DNA of 64,000 bases from an uncultured Chlamydiae bacterium (GCA_963713615.1 CAVQMM010000001.1:1184001-1248000); one strand, 5' to 3'. Counted from the stretch's first letter, positions 40,232 to 50,418 are shown. Numbers and translations are program-made. Notes: generated by a model from the letters alone, not told the origin.

Positions 40232-40798
40232 TACCACACTCGGTCATAAATTTGGAATTTGGACCGCGCCAAAGCCCATACGCGTTATTTTCACCGCCGA
40301 GACGCATAGAAGCTCGTGGGGCTTTTTTAGGATTTTTACCGCCGAGGCGCCGAGACACCGAGATAGGAAAGAGAGGAAGAGGAAAGAATGTGCCGTTTGT
40401 GTGTCCTTGGGCAAAATTCTGCCCAAGGGCCTCTTGAAGGGTTAGCGTTTTGGTAAAGCCCTTAGACAGCTTTTTGCCCAAGGACACACAAACGGCACAG
40501 GTGCTCAATCTAACTTTTTTGAGGATCTGTTCAATTACTGCCGACTCTGGACAAAGTCCTGTCTAAGGGCACTACAGAATCGTATTCCTGCGGGAACCCT
40601 TAGACTGGATTTTGTCCAGAGTCGGTAGCAACTGAACATTCTTTCCTCTTTCCTATCTCGGTGTCTCGGCGTCTCGGCGGTAAAAATCCTAAAAAAGCCC
40701 CACGAGCTTCTATGCGCCTCGGCGGTGAAAATTCCTAATTCTCTTAGCTTAATGCATATGCGCCAAAGCCCCGGGATTCAAAGATCGCAAACGGGCCC
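40232..40798. mobile_element. Multi-layer nested MITE/repeat cluster
   Basis: TA-MITE interrupted by an element at 40277-40760 (CATACGCGTTA...TAATGCATATG) with a 10-bp duplication CGCCAAAGCC; inside are family-B arms and two family-C palindromes. Confidence 0.82.
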
Positions 40799-40884
40799 TA
40801 ATTTACTACATAATTAAACAATTAAATTAATTTATAGTATAATTAATTTGTATAATAACCATTTGTTTAGTTAATTATTTATAG

Positions 40885-43185
40885 GTGCTTATGGAAAGCC
40901 AGGAATTATCACAATCAGGATCTATAAAACCTTTAAACATCGAGGCCGAGGAGCTGGAGCAGCAGCCAGAGATTCGTGAATCAGGACAAATGCATGGCCG
41001 CGGTTCGGTTGACCATCTGCCCGCGCACGAACAGCCTTTACCCGGCGCCGTTTTTCGAGAACACGCAAACCCGGGGCCAGGAGCAGCTCCTCCCAAGGCC
41101 CAACAACGTCTGGAACTATCCGATCTAAATATTCTTTCGGGTCCGGACCCCCGCAAGTCCAATCTTGTACGTAAGGGAGTGATCGGGGGCATCGTCCGTC
41201 TCGCCGCACGCATGTTGGGTCAAGGCCACCGAATCGACGCCAAAAAAGGTGAAGTCAGGGAATATGTCGAAGCTGATCTCCAGCGGACCCAGCAGCATAT
41301 CGTAGAACATAGTGATGTATCGAAGGCCGCATCCGGTGCAAGCCAATACCAATCGATCGGAACCGAAGCGCCAATCTTACCAAAAGGTAGAGGCATAGAC
41401 AGCTATGTGACTGAGTTTGCCGATCGCAAGAACCTAGACAAGACAACCGTAGCTCAAGCTCATGTAAATTCCGGAGTTTACCATGGTAATATTACGGACT
41501 TGAAATCAGGAGATGGATCGAGTTGGCACGCTCTATCGATTACAACCGATGATGCAGGCAAAACAGTCGTAGAGCACAATAGTGTTGTTCCTACTAGCGA
41601 ACGAGCACTCGGGCTTTCTAAGGACCTTAATAATGTCTATGTTCGCATCAACGATCAAGGCCAAATCACGATTACTACAGGGATCATTGACTCTGAGAAA
41701 CGAGCAGATGAATTTATGGCGGCAATAGCCGAAGCGATTAAGATGCGTGCAGCACAGGGCCATGAGGGTCCGGTGAAGTTACGCATTAGTTCACACTCCC
41801 TGAATGCTTTTGGTAGGGCTGGAGTCGGCGAGGCTGGCATGATCAAGCGCCAGAATGCCATGGCAGACTATATCGATAGAAAACTCGAGGGGGTACTTAG
41901 AGAAGCTGGTATACAAAATGCGCAGATGCCTCAGGGACCGGTTATGTCTCACGTGAACCGTACACTTAACGGTTTCACCGCATTACCTGGTGAAGAAGGT
42001 AAATGCCACTCTCTTAATCGTCAAGGAATGGCCACACAGATGCGGTGGCTCCATGAGGATATCGCAGAACAGTTACCCGAAAATTCCAATCATCTGTCGG
42101 TGGAGAACTACAAAGCAGCGCAGGATAATGTAGGGAACACTCTTGCAGAAGTTCGTCAGCTGAAGGCCGATATCGCTAATATTGAATCCATCTACCAAGC
42201 TAGTCCTCAAGTCCATGCGCTAAATGACACTTTAACAGACCTACTCACTCGCCGAGAAGATCTTGCGGAACAGATTCGAAAACTTCCGGAAGACCCTGCA
42301 GCCCGAGAGGTGCGTCAGTTGAAGAAAGCTGTCAAAAAACTCGACAAAGACATAAAAAAAACTCAGGGGGAAATCGCAGCTCGCGAAGATAAAGATATCG
42401 CCTTGGTCGTTCGTCAACATAAGGCCAGATTAGCTAGTAGCCAAAAGGCCCTTAGCAGCCAACTTAAAACCCTAGCCAGGTCAATGCACCAACTTGAGAC
42501 CTCAGGTGTCGCCCTTCCTGACGATGTACGCAACAGATTGCAAATTGGCGGACATGTGCTGGCACAGCAAACGGGCCTCGGAAAAGAACTGGGATACCCC
42601 AAGCTCAAACCCGCGCAAGAAGTCCAAATGATGATCCTTCTGGATAGGGTTAATGGCGCCACCACACAAAGCAATTGTAAGAGCAGTCTAGACCGTAATT
42701 CGCATGCAAGGGCCTCGGGACCTGTGATCGATCAGCATATCGCTGCGCATGGCATTAAAGGTACCTACGACTTCATTGCGGGCTTTGAAAACCGGGTCAC
42801 CGATATGGATCGTGAGTTTCGCGCGTACCAGAAAGCTAACCCAGAAGGAAGCTTCCAGCAATGGCTAGAGGGCGATGCTGGCAGAGGTTACAAAGACATT
42901 GCCGATTTTCAATCAAAAATGTTCGCCGAAATGATTGGAGTATGCCGTCCTATCACCGCTTGGAGTACGGGCACCGATGGAGGCTTTAAGTGGCACCACG
43001 ACAAGAAAACGCTTAATCCCTTGGAAAAAAACAACCACCCGATGCCCTATATCCCCGTCCAGGTCTATGACAGTGACAGCAAAAGGATGGTCTCTCTCGT
43101 GAGAATTGACAGCAAAGGAAACCGCTCTTTTACATCCGAAGGTCTAGCCCTATATGCTGGTCAGTCCCAAAAACGCGGAGCTTAA
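40885..43185 (+). CDS. Putative secreted phosphoinositide phosphatase (SopB/IpgD-like CX5R motif) with a coiled coil; start probably the ATG at 40891
   Basis: SNCKSSLDR motif; low-complexity N-terminus; long central coiled coil. Confidence 0.65.
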   Translation: MLMESQELSQSGSIKPLNIEAEELEQQPEIRESGQMHGRGSVDHLPAHEQPLPGAVFREHANPGPGAAPPKAQQRLELSDLNILSGPDPRKSNLVRKGVIGGIVRLAARMLGQGHRIDAKKGEVREYVEADLQRTQQHIVEHSDVSKAASGASQYQSIGTEAPILPKGRGIDSYVTEFADRKNLDKTTVAQAHVNSGVYHGNITDLKSGDGSSWHALSITTDDAGKTVVEHNSVVPTSERALGLSKDLNNVYVRINDQGQITITTGIIDSEKRADEFMAAIAEAIKMRAAQGHEGPVKLRISSHSLNAFGRAGVGEAGMIKRQNAMADYIDRKLEGVLREAGIQNAQMPQGPVMSHVNRTLNGFTALPGEEGKCHSLNRQGMATQMRWLHEDIAEQLPENSNHLSVENYKAAQDNVGNTLAEVRQLKADIANIESIYQASPQVHALNDTLTDLLTRREDLAEQIRKLPEDPAAREVRQLKKAVKKLDKDIKKTQGEIAAREDKDIALVVRQHKARLASSQKALSSQLKTLARSMHQLETSGVALPDDVRNRLQIGGHVLAQQTGLGKELGYPKLKPAQEVQMMILLDRVNGATTQSNCKSSLDRNSHARASGPVIDQHIAAHGIKGTYDFIAGFENRVTDMDREFRAYQKANPEGSFQQWLEGDAGRGYKDIADFQSKMFAEMIGVCRPITAWSTGTDGGFKWHHDKKTLNPLEKNNHPMPYIPVQVYDSDSKRMVSLVRIDSKGNRSFTSEGLALYAGQSQKRGA

Positions 43186-43200
43186 ATGCCATTAAAACCC

Positions 43201-43426
43201 TCACAACCGTATCTCGGCGCGCAGCGCTTTGGAGTGCGCGTCGCTCGCGACCGCTTTGGATTTGGGTGAACTAGGCATTACACGAAACATGACCTTCCGC
43301 TCTAGGGGTAATTGTGGGGGTTTGAGGCTCCATAGAACGATGCGTGATTCAAGAGGCTCGCCCAAATCCAAAGCGGTCGCGAGCGACGCGCACTCCAAAG
43401 CGTTGCGCGCCGAGTAACGCTTGTGA
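43201..43426. repeat. REPIN-like palindromic element (family A, spacer type 1)
   Basis: Same arms and spacer as the 9207 copy. Confidence 0.85.
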
Positions 43427-43584
43427 AGGCTTAGGTCGATGCGTACAGTTTCACGCGTGTTATTTAGCTAACATTTAAATCCTTTAGATAAATTATTGAA
43501 TTGCAGATCATGCATTCGCTTGTTGTTATTAGCCTCTCCGTCTACGATAGGCTCCAAAATATCATCGAATTCAACGAGGTAGCC

Positions 43585-43998
43585 ATGGTCACGGTCTTAA
43601 TGGATGTCAGCTTTTGGGCAGTATTGGTATCGGCGATTGCTTATATGATCATAGGCGGGATTTGGTACTCGCCATTCGTCTTTGGTCATGCCTGGCTTAA
43701 GGAAGCTAAGGCAAAGAAAGAAGACCTGTCGGGACAAGGACAGGCATTGATAGGGTCCTTCATAGCCTCGATGGTGATGGCATATATCTTGGGTTATTTT
43801 GTGGCTGCCACACACTCCACTACTGTGTACTATGGGGCACAGGTAGGCTTCTTCTGTTGGCTCGGTTTCGTTGTCACGACGCGAGTGCTCGGGGTCTTTT
43901 ACTCAGGTCATTCGTGGAAGCTGTTTCTGATCGACAGCGGCTACCTACTGGTAGCCTGCCTGGTCATGGGAGGTATCATGGGCTTTTGGGTGGTCTAG
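43585..43998 (+). CDS. DUF1761-family membrane protein
   Basis: IGGIWYSP..FG..W and LFLIDSGY; GAGGT SD. Confidence 0.85.
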   Translation: MVTVLMDVSFWAVLVSAIAYMIIGGIWYSPFVFGHAWLKEAKAKKEDLSGQGQALIGSFIASMVMAYILGYFVAATHSTTVYYGAQVGFFCWLGFVVTTRVLGVFYSGHSWKLFLIDSGYLLVACLVMGGIMGFWVV

Positions 43999-44467
43999 TT
44001 TTCTTACCTTTGAAGACAAAGCGCTCAAGCAACCCATCGACAGAAATGTAACCGGGACCAAAAGCAAAAACCAATGCCGAGGTCAACAGATAAAGGAAAG
44101 CTTCTTCCATAACGAATAGCCCTGGCATATTCCAAAGGCCTACTACTGCATCATGATGTGCGGTGAGGTATGCTACAATCATATTGATCATTAGAATAGC
44201 ACCGGCCAGGCGCCCTGCTAATCCGATGAATAGCAAAATACCCCCAAACGCTTCTACAGAAGCTACAAAATAAGCATGTGCCAGGGGCAGAGGAAAGCCT
44301 AGGCTCGCTAAAAAGCCCTCAAATGCGTGGATATTCTGTAATTTACCCCACCCGGCATGGAAGAAAGCCACCCCCAAAAAAAACCTTAAAAGCAACAGTA
44401 GGACTGGCTGAAAGCACTCTCCCACCATAATAAGCCCATTGTAAAACTTCGTCAGCGCCCGCATCAT
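43976..44467 (-). CDS. DoxX family membrane protein
   Basis: LLLRFFLG..F...GWGKL, VEAFGG and GPGYISVD. Confidence 0.9.
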   Translation of the reverse strand: MMRALTKFYNGLIMVGECFQPVLLLLLRFFLGVAFFHAGWGKLQNIHAFEGFLASLGFPLPLAHAYFVASVEAFGGILLFIGLAGRLAGAILMINMIVAYLTAHHDAVVGLWNMPGLFVMEEAFLYLLTSALVFAFGPGYISVDGLLERFVFKGKKTRPPKSP

Positions 44468-44592
44468 TACCTCCTGATCAAGTGGATTTTTTTTCTGCTT
44501 CTCACCATACGTATATTTTTTTTATTGGTCGACTGTCAAAACTATGCTAGAATCTTATCAATCCCGACCATGATCGGGTAGAATGGAGGAAC

Positions 44593-44748
44593 ATGATGAA
44601 ACAAGCTTTGATTTTCGTGATTTTGACCACAGCGGCATTGGTAGTGTTTGATGAGCCGCAAATGAACCAAGATGAATCTCTAGCTAAAGCCGTTATTTAT
44701 CCAGACCAACGTGGTCTGAATACTGATGATGCTGAAGCTCTTTCCTAA
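44593..44748 (+). CDS. 51-aa small protein, absent from the ORF track
   Basis: GGAGGA SD; MMKQALIFVILTTAALVVFDEPQMNQDESLAKAVIYPDQRGLNTDDAEALS; ends 9 nt before the next gene. Confidence 0.55.
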   Translation: MMKQALIFVILTTAALVVFDEPQMNQDESLAKAVIYPDQRGLNTDDAEALS

Positions 44749-44757
44749 GGCCATATC

Positions 44758-45087
44758 ATGCGTAATTTTAAGTCCGCCTTAATTCCCCTAGTATATGGTG
44801 CCCTCGTTTTAACAGGTGGCGTCGTTGGCTACCTGAAGGCCCAAAGCCTCATCTCATTGATTTGCGGTCTGTTTTTTGGTCTTGGGTTGATTGGCGCATC
44901 GTTGACAGTCATGCGAGGAATTATTTCAGGCCACTGGACCGCCATCGGCCTCACGATTGTGCTAACGTTATTTTTTCACTATCGCTTTGCTACCACGCAG
45001 GTATTTATGCCGGCAGGCATGATGGCAATCATTAGTGTTCTGGCACTCATTGGCATGTTCATCTACCGGCCTGTTAGGGCGCAGTAG
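44758..45087 (+). CDS. TMEM14-family membrane protein
   Basis: YGALVLTGGVVGY.KA.S..SLI.G and R...T..FMPAG. Confidence 0.88.
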   Translation: MRNFKSALIPLVYGALVLTGGVVGYLKAQSLISLICGLFFGLGLIGASLTVMRGIISGHWTAIGLTIVLTLFFHYRFATTQVFMPAGMMAIISVLALIGMFIYRPVRAQ

Positions 45088-45093
45088 GGCTCT

Positions 45094-45898
45094 AAAGGAC
45101 GTAAAGGACGAAAGGGACATAAAGAGGTAATTGCAGAAGTATTTGGGCTCTCATGGATCGATTCTTTGAAAAAAAATCACTTTTTTTTGTGAGAAGGCGA
45201 TTCTGGAGAGCTTAAGTGGTATGGCACTATCCAGTCTGGAAAGACAGGCTTTTCTCCCTTCCCAGGCCCGAAGGGTCGATATTGCAACAGGCCATGGCAT
45301 CGCCATAGTATATGCCAGGAAGGGATTTCGCAGTCTGAAGGACTGCTACACGACGCCAGTTTACAAACACCATTTATGCATGCGCTTTATGGCAGCCCTA
45401 CAGGCTGCTAAAACCGTTTTGGCATATACCATGGCGATGCCACATAGGCCTCAACCTAACAGGTCTTTTGAGCTTATATCTCAATGACTTAGGACTTCAC
45501 AATCGTATCTCGGCGCGCAGCGCTTTGGAGTGCGGTCGCTTGCGACCGCTTTTCGTTCCTTGGGACGGCAATGCTAAACGGCATTGTATGGATTCGTCGA
45601 AGGCTGCATGTACTAACTATTTTACCCTTAGGGAATTATAGTGATGCCGTTGCACACGACCGTCGCAAGGAACCCAAAGCGGTCGCAAGCGACCGCACTC
45701 CAAAGCGCTGCGCGCCGAGATACGATTGTTAGGCTTAGGTTGAGGCCTATGTGGCGATGCCATGGCCTGTTGCAATATCGACCCTTCGGGCCTGGGAAGG
45801 GAATGACTCTCTCTTCACCGGCATCCGATTTTCAGGAAATTGACTTCGGAAAATCGGACTTCTGCAATTACCTCCTTATGTCCTTTTCGTCCTTTAGC
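45094..45898. repeat. Four-layer nested palindrome cluster
   Basis: Outer arms ..GGACATAA.GAGGTAATTGCAGAAGT / ACTTCTGCAATTACCTC.TTATGTCC; next arms CCCTTCCCAGGCCCGAAGGGTCGATATTGCAACAGGCCATGGCATCGCCA and its reverse complement; then a MITE; then a REPIN. Confidence 0.85.
45443..45751. mobile_element. MITE with 17-bp TIRs and an 11-bp target duplication, carrying a family-A REPIN (45497-45730)
   Basis: CATAGGCCTCAACCTAA / TTAGGTTGAGGCCTATG; TGGCGATGCCA at 45432-45442 and 45752-45762. Confidence 0.88.
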
Positions 45899-45921
45899 CA
45901 TCCAAACAAGCTCATAGAAAG

Positions 45922-47421
45922 CTACACGGCTGTTGCAACGGCCGGTGTTGGCACAGTCTCCAAGGCTGAATAACGGCTCAATGCATATGACGTTGCTAAG
46001 GCCATTATGAACCATCCCCATCGTACAGCAGTGCCCAGTGAGTAGCCACTAACCAACTCTTCATGCAGAGCTCCTATGAAGATAACGCCTAACAGAGTAC
46101 AAATAAAGATTCCCAAAACTTGCGTTACCTTAACACTTGGTAGGCCGATCTGCTTAGTGATTTCCTCACGAATCCCGTTCACAACGAAGAAAAAGACCAC
46201 GACTTCGGCAATTCCAGCAAACAGCATGACATACCCTAAAACCATAGGTGCCAGCGCCCCCAGAATATGCTGACCGTTGCCAGTGCAGAAAAAGGCTCCC
46301 CCAAATAACATCGCTGCTAAAGTCACTGTTACGGCCTTTTTGCGGGATACCCCATATTCAACCTCAACATTGCCAGCAATGCTCTCGGCGATGGAAAACA
46401 CCCCCGTCACACCAGCGACAAATAAACTAAAGAAGAATACTGTTCCCAATACTGGAGCCACCCAAGATCCCATAGCATGTAGGACTTTAGGGAAAATGAT
46501 AAACCCTAGCTCAAAAGTAGAACTGGTTTTCACCAACTCTTCAAATGCGATGCCAGTATCCTGGCTCAAAAAACCCAAACAGGCAAAGATCACCAGACCA
46601 GCGACCGATGATATGGTGAGATCGCCAATAACCACCCACCGCATCGCTCGCCCCACCTTGACATTTTCACCATTGTATCGTGCATAGCCCGTGATGATGC
46701 CCAAGCCTAACGAAAGGCTGAAAAAAAGATGCCCAAACGCATCACGCCAGATGCCAAACTCTGACAAACGGCTAAAATCGGGAAGGAGATAGTAGGAAAG
46801 CCCTATTGAAGCGCCAGGCAGAAATAACACAACAATCGCAAATAACGCCACCAACCCAACCAATGCGGGCATGAAGATGGAGCAAATACGTTCCACCCCT
46901 GACTGTATGTTCTTCGTCAGTATACGCCAGCTGAGAAAAATTACCAGTGAGGTAGCTAATAAAATCGGCCAGCTAATCCCTCCCCACGCATTCAAAGCCC
47001 CGCTATCGCGAAGAAAATCTGTCTTAAAGAAGGTCGCAGTATCTATCGGAATGGCACTTGTTAGCGCAAAATAAGAATAAGCGACGGTATAGCCAGTGAG
47101 TACTGCGTAGAAGGCACCAATCGTCAAACACGTGATAATTGACAACCACCCGAGCGTCCTCCCGAAAGAACCAATCGTGCGACCGTATGCTGACACTGTT
47201 GGTAGCTGGTAGCGTTGCCCTATAACAGCCTCCAAAACCAACAACGGAATACCAAGTAACAGATAGGCGCAGAGCAAAGGTATTAGAAATGCGCCACCAC
47301 CATTGCGATAGCACTGAGCACTAAAACTCAAAATATTTGCAAACCCAATGGCTGATCCCAATACAGACCAGATAAACCCAGATTCGTTCTTCCAGGAATT
47401 TTCTTTAGGAGCCGACTCCAT
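45922..47421 (-). CDS. Neurotransmitter:sodium symporter (NSS/SNF) family transporter
   Basis: GSAIGFANI, NGGGAFLIP and FFSLSLGLG. Confidence 0.92.
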   Translation of the reverse strand: MESAPKENSWKNESGFIWSVLGSAIGFANILSFSAQCYRNGGGAFLIPLLCAYLLLGIPLLVLEAVIGQRYQLPTVSAYGRTIGSFGRTLGWLSIITCLTIGAFYAVLTGYTVAYSYFALTSAIPIDTATFFKTDFLRDSGALNAWGGISWPILLATSLVIFLSWRILTKNIQSGVERICSIFMPALVGLVALFAIVVLFLPGASIGLSYYLLPDFSRLSEFGIWRDAFGHLFFSLSLGLGIITGYARYNGENVKVGRAMRWVVIGDLTISSVAGLVIFACLGFLSQDTGIAFEELVKTSSTFELGFIIFPKVLHAMGSWVAPVLGTVFFFSLFVAGVTGVFSIAESIAGNVEVEYGVSRKKAVTVTLAAMLFGGAFFCTGNGQHILGALAPMVLGYVMLFAGIAEVVVFFFVVNGIREEITKQIGLPSVKVTQVLGIFICTLLGVIFIGALHEELVSGYSLGTAVRWGWFIMALATSYALSRYSALETVPTPAVATAV

Positions 47422-47719
47422 CCTAGTAACCTCTGCGTATAAAAAATTAAAAAGCAATCAAACGTATGAATTTACGACAATGATTATACCAAAAAAACAA
47501 CATAATTTACAACAGTAATTTCTTTAAGGTAAACCATCGATACTGAGATAAAGTGGTGAGACAGAAAACATTGATGAAGGAAAAAAATAGTCGTTAAGCG
47601 GCTGGTGTACCAACCTGGAGGCATTTATTAGAAAATTTAAATCTTTTTGCTTTTGTTGCTTGTGATTAAATCCTCAAGAATGGTATCTTTTGGGCGTTCA
47701 CAGATAGAGGCAATCCTAT

Positions 47720-47792
47720 CGCGGGGTGGAGCAGGGGTTAGCTCGTTGGGCTCATAACCCAAAGGTCGGAGGTTCGAATCCTCTCCCCGCTA
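47720..47792 (+). tRNA. tRNA-fMet (CAT, initiator)
   Basis: CGCGGGGTGGAGCAG...TTGGGCTCATAACCCAA...GGTTCGAATCC; C1:U72 mismatch and three G-C pairs in the anticodon stem. Confidence 0.95.
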
Positions 47793-47802
47793 ATTTGTCT
47801 CC

Positions 47803-47876
47803 GGCGGCATAGCTCAGTTGGTTAGAGCAGCGGAATCATAATCCGTTGGTCGCTGGTTCGAATCCGGCTGCCGCTA
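47803..47876 (+). tRNA. tRNA-Met (CAT, probably elongator)
   Basis: GGCGGCATAGCTCAGTTGGTTAGAGCAGCGGAATCATAATCCGTTGGTCGCTGGTTCGAATCCGGCTGCCGCTA. Confidence 0.93.
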
Positions 47877-47890
47877 GTACCATGAGTTTT

Positions 47891-47927
47891 AAGCGCGAAT
47901 AGATTCTCTCTATTCGCGCTTTTTTTT
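47891..47927 (+). terminator. Intrinsic terminator of the tRNA operon (duplicated near 51552-51587)
   Basis: AAGCGCGAATAGA-loop-TCTATTCGCGCTT followed by a T run. Confidence 0.85.
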
Positions 47928-48021
47928 GCCATCATCCCCTATTGCCCAATACTTTTTATGGACGAATTGGACCGATTGAGACGATTGCGGAATTCGTTCG
48001 AGATGTCAGATGATTAATAAT

Positions 48022-48284
48022 GCCCTCACAATAGTGTCTCAGCGCGAAGCGCTTTGGAGCCCCAACCGACTGCGTCGCCAATATCCGAAAGTAACGCTAA
48101 AGAGGCTTCTTCGTGCCCGCGCCCTTGCCCCTGCCCTTGCCCGATGCACTTCTCCCAATTCCGCTCCCTCCCTTCCTTTGATACGAATTTGTACCCTCCC
48201 TAACGCCTTGTTACTTGGAAGTGCGCGTCGCTCGCGACCGCACTCCACCCAAAGAGCTTCGCGCCGAGACACTATTGTGAGGGC
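48022..48284. repeat. Diverged family-A element with an internal GCCC(T/C)T tandem array
   Basis: GCCCTCACAATAGTGTCTC / GAGACACTATTGTGAGGGC arms. Confidence 0.7.
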
Positions 48285-48294
48285 GCGTGGTATA

Positions 48295-48873
48295 TCACCA
48301 TTTAAGCCAATTTATAATCTCCTCAAATATACTCACCCTTACCTGTCCCATATCAACAAGTCTGCCGTAAAGCCAATTGGCGCGGTATTTAACATTCGCG
48401 TTAGGATCAGTTCCGCCCAGCTCGGCTGCCTTGATTGCTGACTCATAACCTTGCCCTCTATTAATAAGAGAAGTATATAGGTCGTACGCCGCTAATCTAA
48501 TATTCTCATCCGGATCAGCTATGCCCATCTCAGCTGCCTTGATTGCTGGCTCATACGCGTTCTCCCTATCGACAAGGGCACTATAAAGTCCATAGCACTC
48601 TAATCTCACTCTTGGATCGGGATCAGTTATCCCCCTCTCAGCTACTTGAATGGCTGATTCATACTCCTGCCCGCTATAGGCAAGAACACGATAGAGTCTA
48701 TAGGACGCTGATCTAATGATCCCCTCCGGATCAGCTACGCCCTTCTCAGCCACTCGGATGGCTGCTTCATACGCCACGTCATGCGGAACAAGATCAAAAA
48801 TAGGGAATAGGCCTCCATTTTAACATCCACGTTGGACTCTTCTACCCCTTTTTCCGCGTCTGATATTATCATC
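48295..48873 (-). pseudogene. HEAT-repeat protein segment, frameshifted
   Basis: Repeats of about 37 aa (AYE.AI..AE.G..DP...R...Y.LY..L); one further repeat, AEKGVEESNVDVKMEAYSLF, lies upstream in a shifted frame. Confidence 0.7.
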
Positions 48874-50418
48874 TCAGTCGGAGAGTAGGAGAGAACTTGC
48901 CTTGGTGGCCACTGCTTCGGCAGGTTCGTGTGCGGTGAAAAGCTGGCACCACTCCTGCAAGCTCAGATGCGCATAGGGATTTGATACATACCCTGCACCT
49001 AATATTCTCTGGAGACGATAGGTGTCAGTGATCGTGTTGATGTCCATTGCAGAGGGAACCTGCGAGACCTTTAAAGACTCCTGGAGGATTGAACGAATTT
49101 CAGGATAACGTTTGGTTAGCTTCTCAAGGGTTTGAGGTGAATCCTTTAACACTCCAAACTTGGAGGACAGTAGCGTACCTAATGCAGCAGCTTCCTTGTC
49201 GATCTGCTCCATCTGTTCTTTAGGAATATGACTAAGAGCTTCTTGTTGAAGGCGCTCGGCATCGTCGCGGATACTGTGAAGCTTATTTGTGAAGCCGATG
49301 ACCTGTTCGGAGAGCTGCATCCCGATGAAGGCGCTATGAACGATACGCTTAGTAGTGTCGCTCCAGTTCTCCGATTGCGTCACATTTTGAAAGAGCGTTT
49401 TTAGCCATCCTGCGTTTTCTTGAGGTCTCTGATCTACCAGCTGTCGCCACTGCTCGCTTCCATATTCAATACCGTTTTTGTTGACCGGACCCTTGCTTGC
49501 TGTTTGGGCTAGTTTCTGGATTTTCTGCAGTGAATTATTTATGGTGATGACCGATTTCTTGCATTCCGCACTACTAAAAGCCTTTAGCGTTGGCAACAGC
49601 TCTCCAACGATCTCTCCTATTTTTCTGAGCTGTGTATTCAGCGACTGCAGCTGCAAAGCGGCTTGCTCCGGCTGAACTCCCTTTCCTAAACGAGCGAGAA
49701 CTTGCCGCTCTTGATCTACCGATTGGACAAGAGCGTCTGCCCAATCCTCTATTTGCCAGGAGAAGTTGCACAGGTCTTCTGCAAAGAGTTCCATCATCTT
49801 TTCCGCTACGACCGGATACCCCTTGGAATCTTGCACCGTTTCCCACACGTCCCCCAATCTTTCGATGGCCTCTTTAACATCCGTTATCGCCAGAAGAGGA
49901 CCAGGCGCTTCATGAGGTTCATAGATTTTTTCTATGAGTGCTTCTACGGCATCATCAAAAACTGAAACCTTAGCGCTGTACTCCGGCATGTACTGCGCGA
50001 GAAGAAAGGTTCCCTCCAATAACTCCTCCGCCTTTTCAATCTGCTGTATCGCATGCGCTCTTTGCGCGTGAGGGGTTATCTGATTCAGTTCATCTTGAAG
50101 CTCGCGCAGGTTACTCCGCATCTCTTGGAGGTGGATCATTTCCTCCTCTGAGACCTCATTGTTGCTGTAAATCCCTTCAAATAGATGCGCTATGCGATTT
50201 ACTACGAATGAGTAGCGATGATTCAGATCGTGCGGGACAGGGGCCCTTTCTACAACAGGTTCCGAGGGTGCAAATAAACTACTTTGCAGCAATTTTTGAA
50301 CTTTAATAGGTAAGGTCTTTCGAATCGGTGAATGGCCAGCACCAGAATCATTATGCGAGATTGCCGTCAATTTATTACAACTATCACTTCGAAACTTAAT
50401 TATTTTAGAAACATCCAT
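48874..50418 (-). CDS. Helical/coiled-coil hypothetical protein, possibly the 5' part of a gene that continued into the HEAT repeats
   Basis: 514-aa ORF in the same frame as the HEAT ORF. Confidence 0.6.
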   Translation of the reverse strand: MDVSKIIKFRSDSCNKLTAISHNDSGAGHSPIRKTLPIKVQKLLQSSLFAPSEPVVERAPVPHDLNHRYSFVVNRIAHLFEGIYSNNEVSEEEMIHLQEMRSNLRELQDELNQITPHAQRAHAIQQIEKAEELLEGTFLLAQYMPEYSAKVSVFDDAVEALIEKIYEPHEAPGPLLAITDVKEAIERLGDVWETVQDSKGYPVVAEKMMELFAEDLCNFSWQIEDWADALVQSVDQERQVLARLGKGVQPEQAALQLQSLNTQLRKIGEIVGELLPTLKAFSSAECKKSVITINNSLQKIQKLAQTASKGPVNKNGIEYGSEQWRQLVDQRPQENAGWLKTLFQNVTQSENWSDTTKRIVHSAFIGMQLSEQVIGFTNKLHSIRDDAERLQQEALSHIPKEQMEQIDKEAAALGTLLSSKFGVLKDSPQTLEKLTKRYPEIRSILQESLKVSQVPSAMDINTITDTYRLQRILGAGYVSNPYAHLSLQEWCQLFTAHEPAEAVATKASSLLLSD

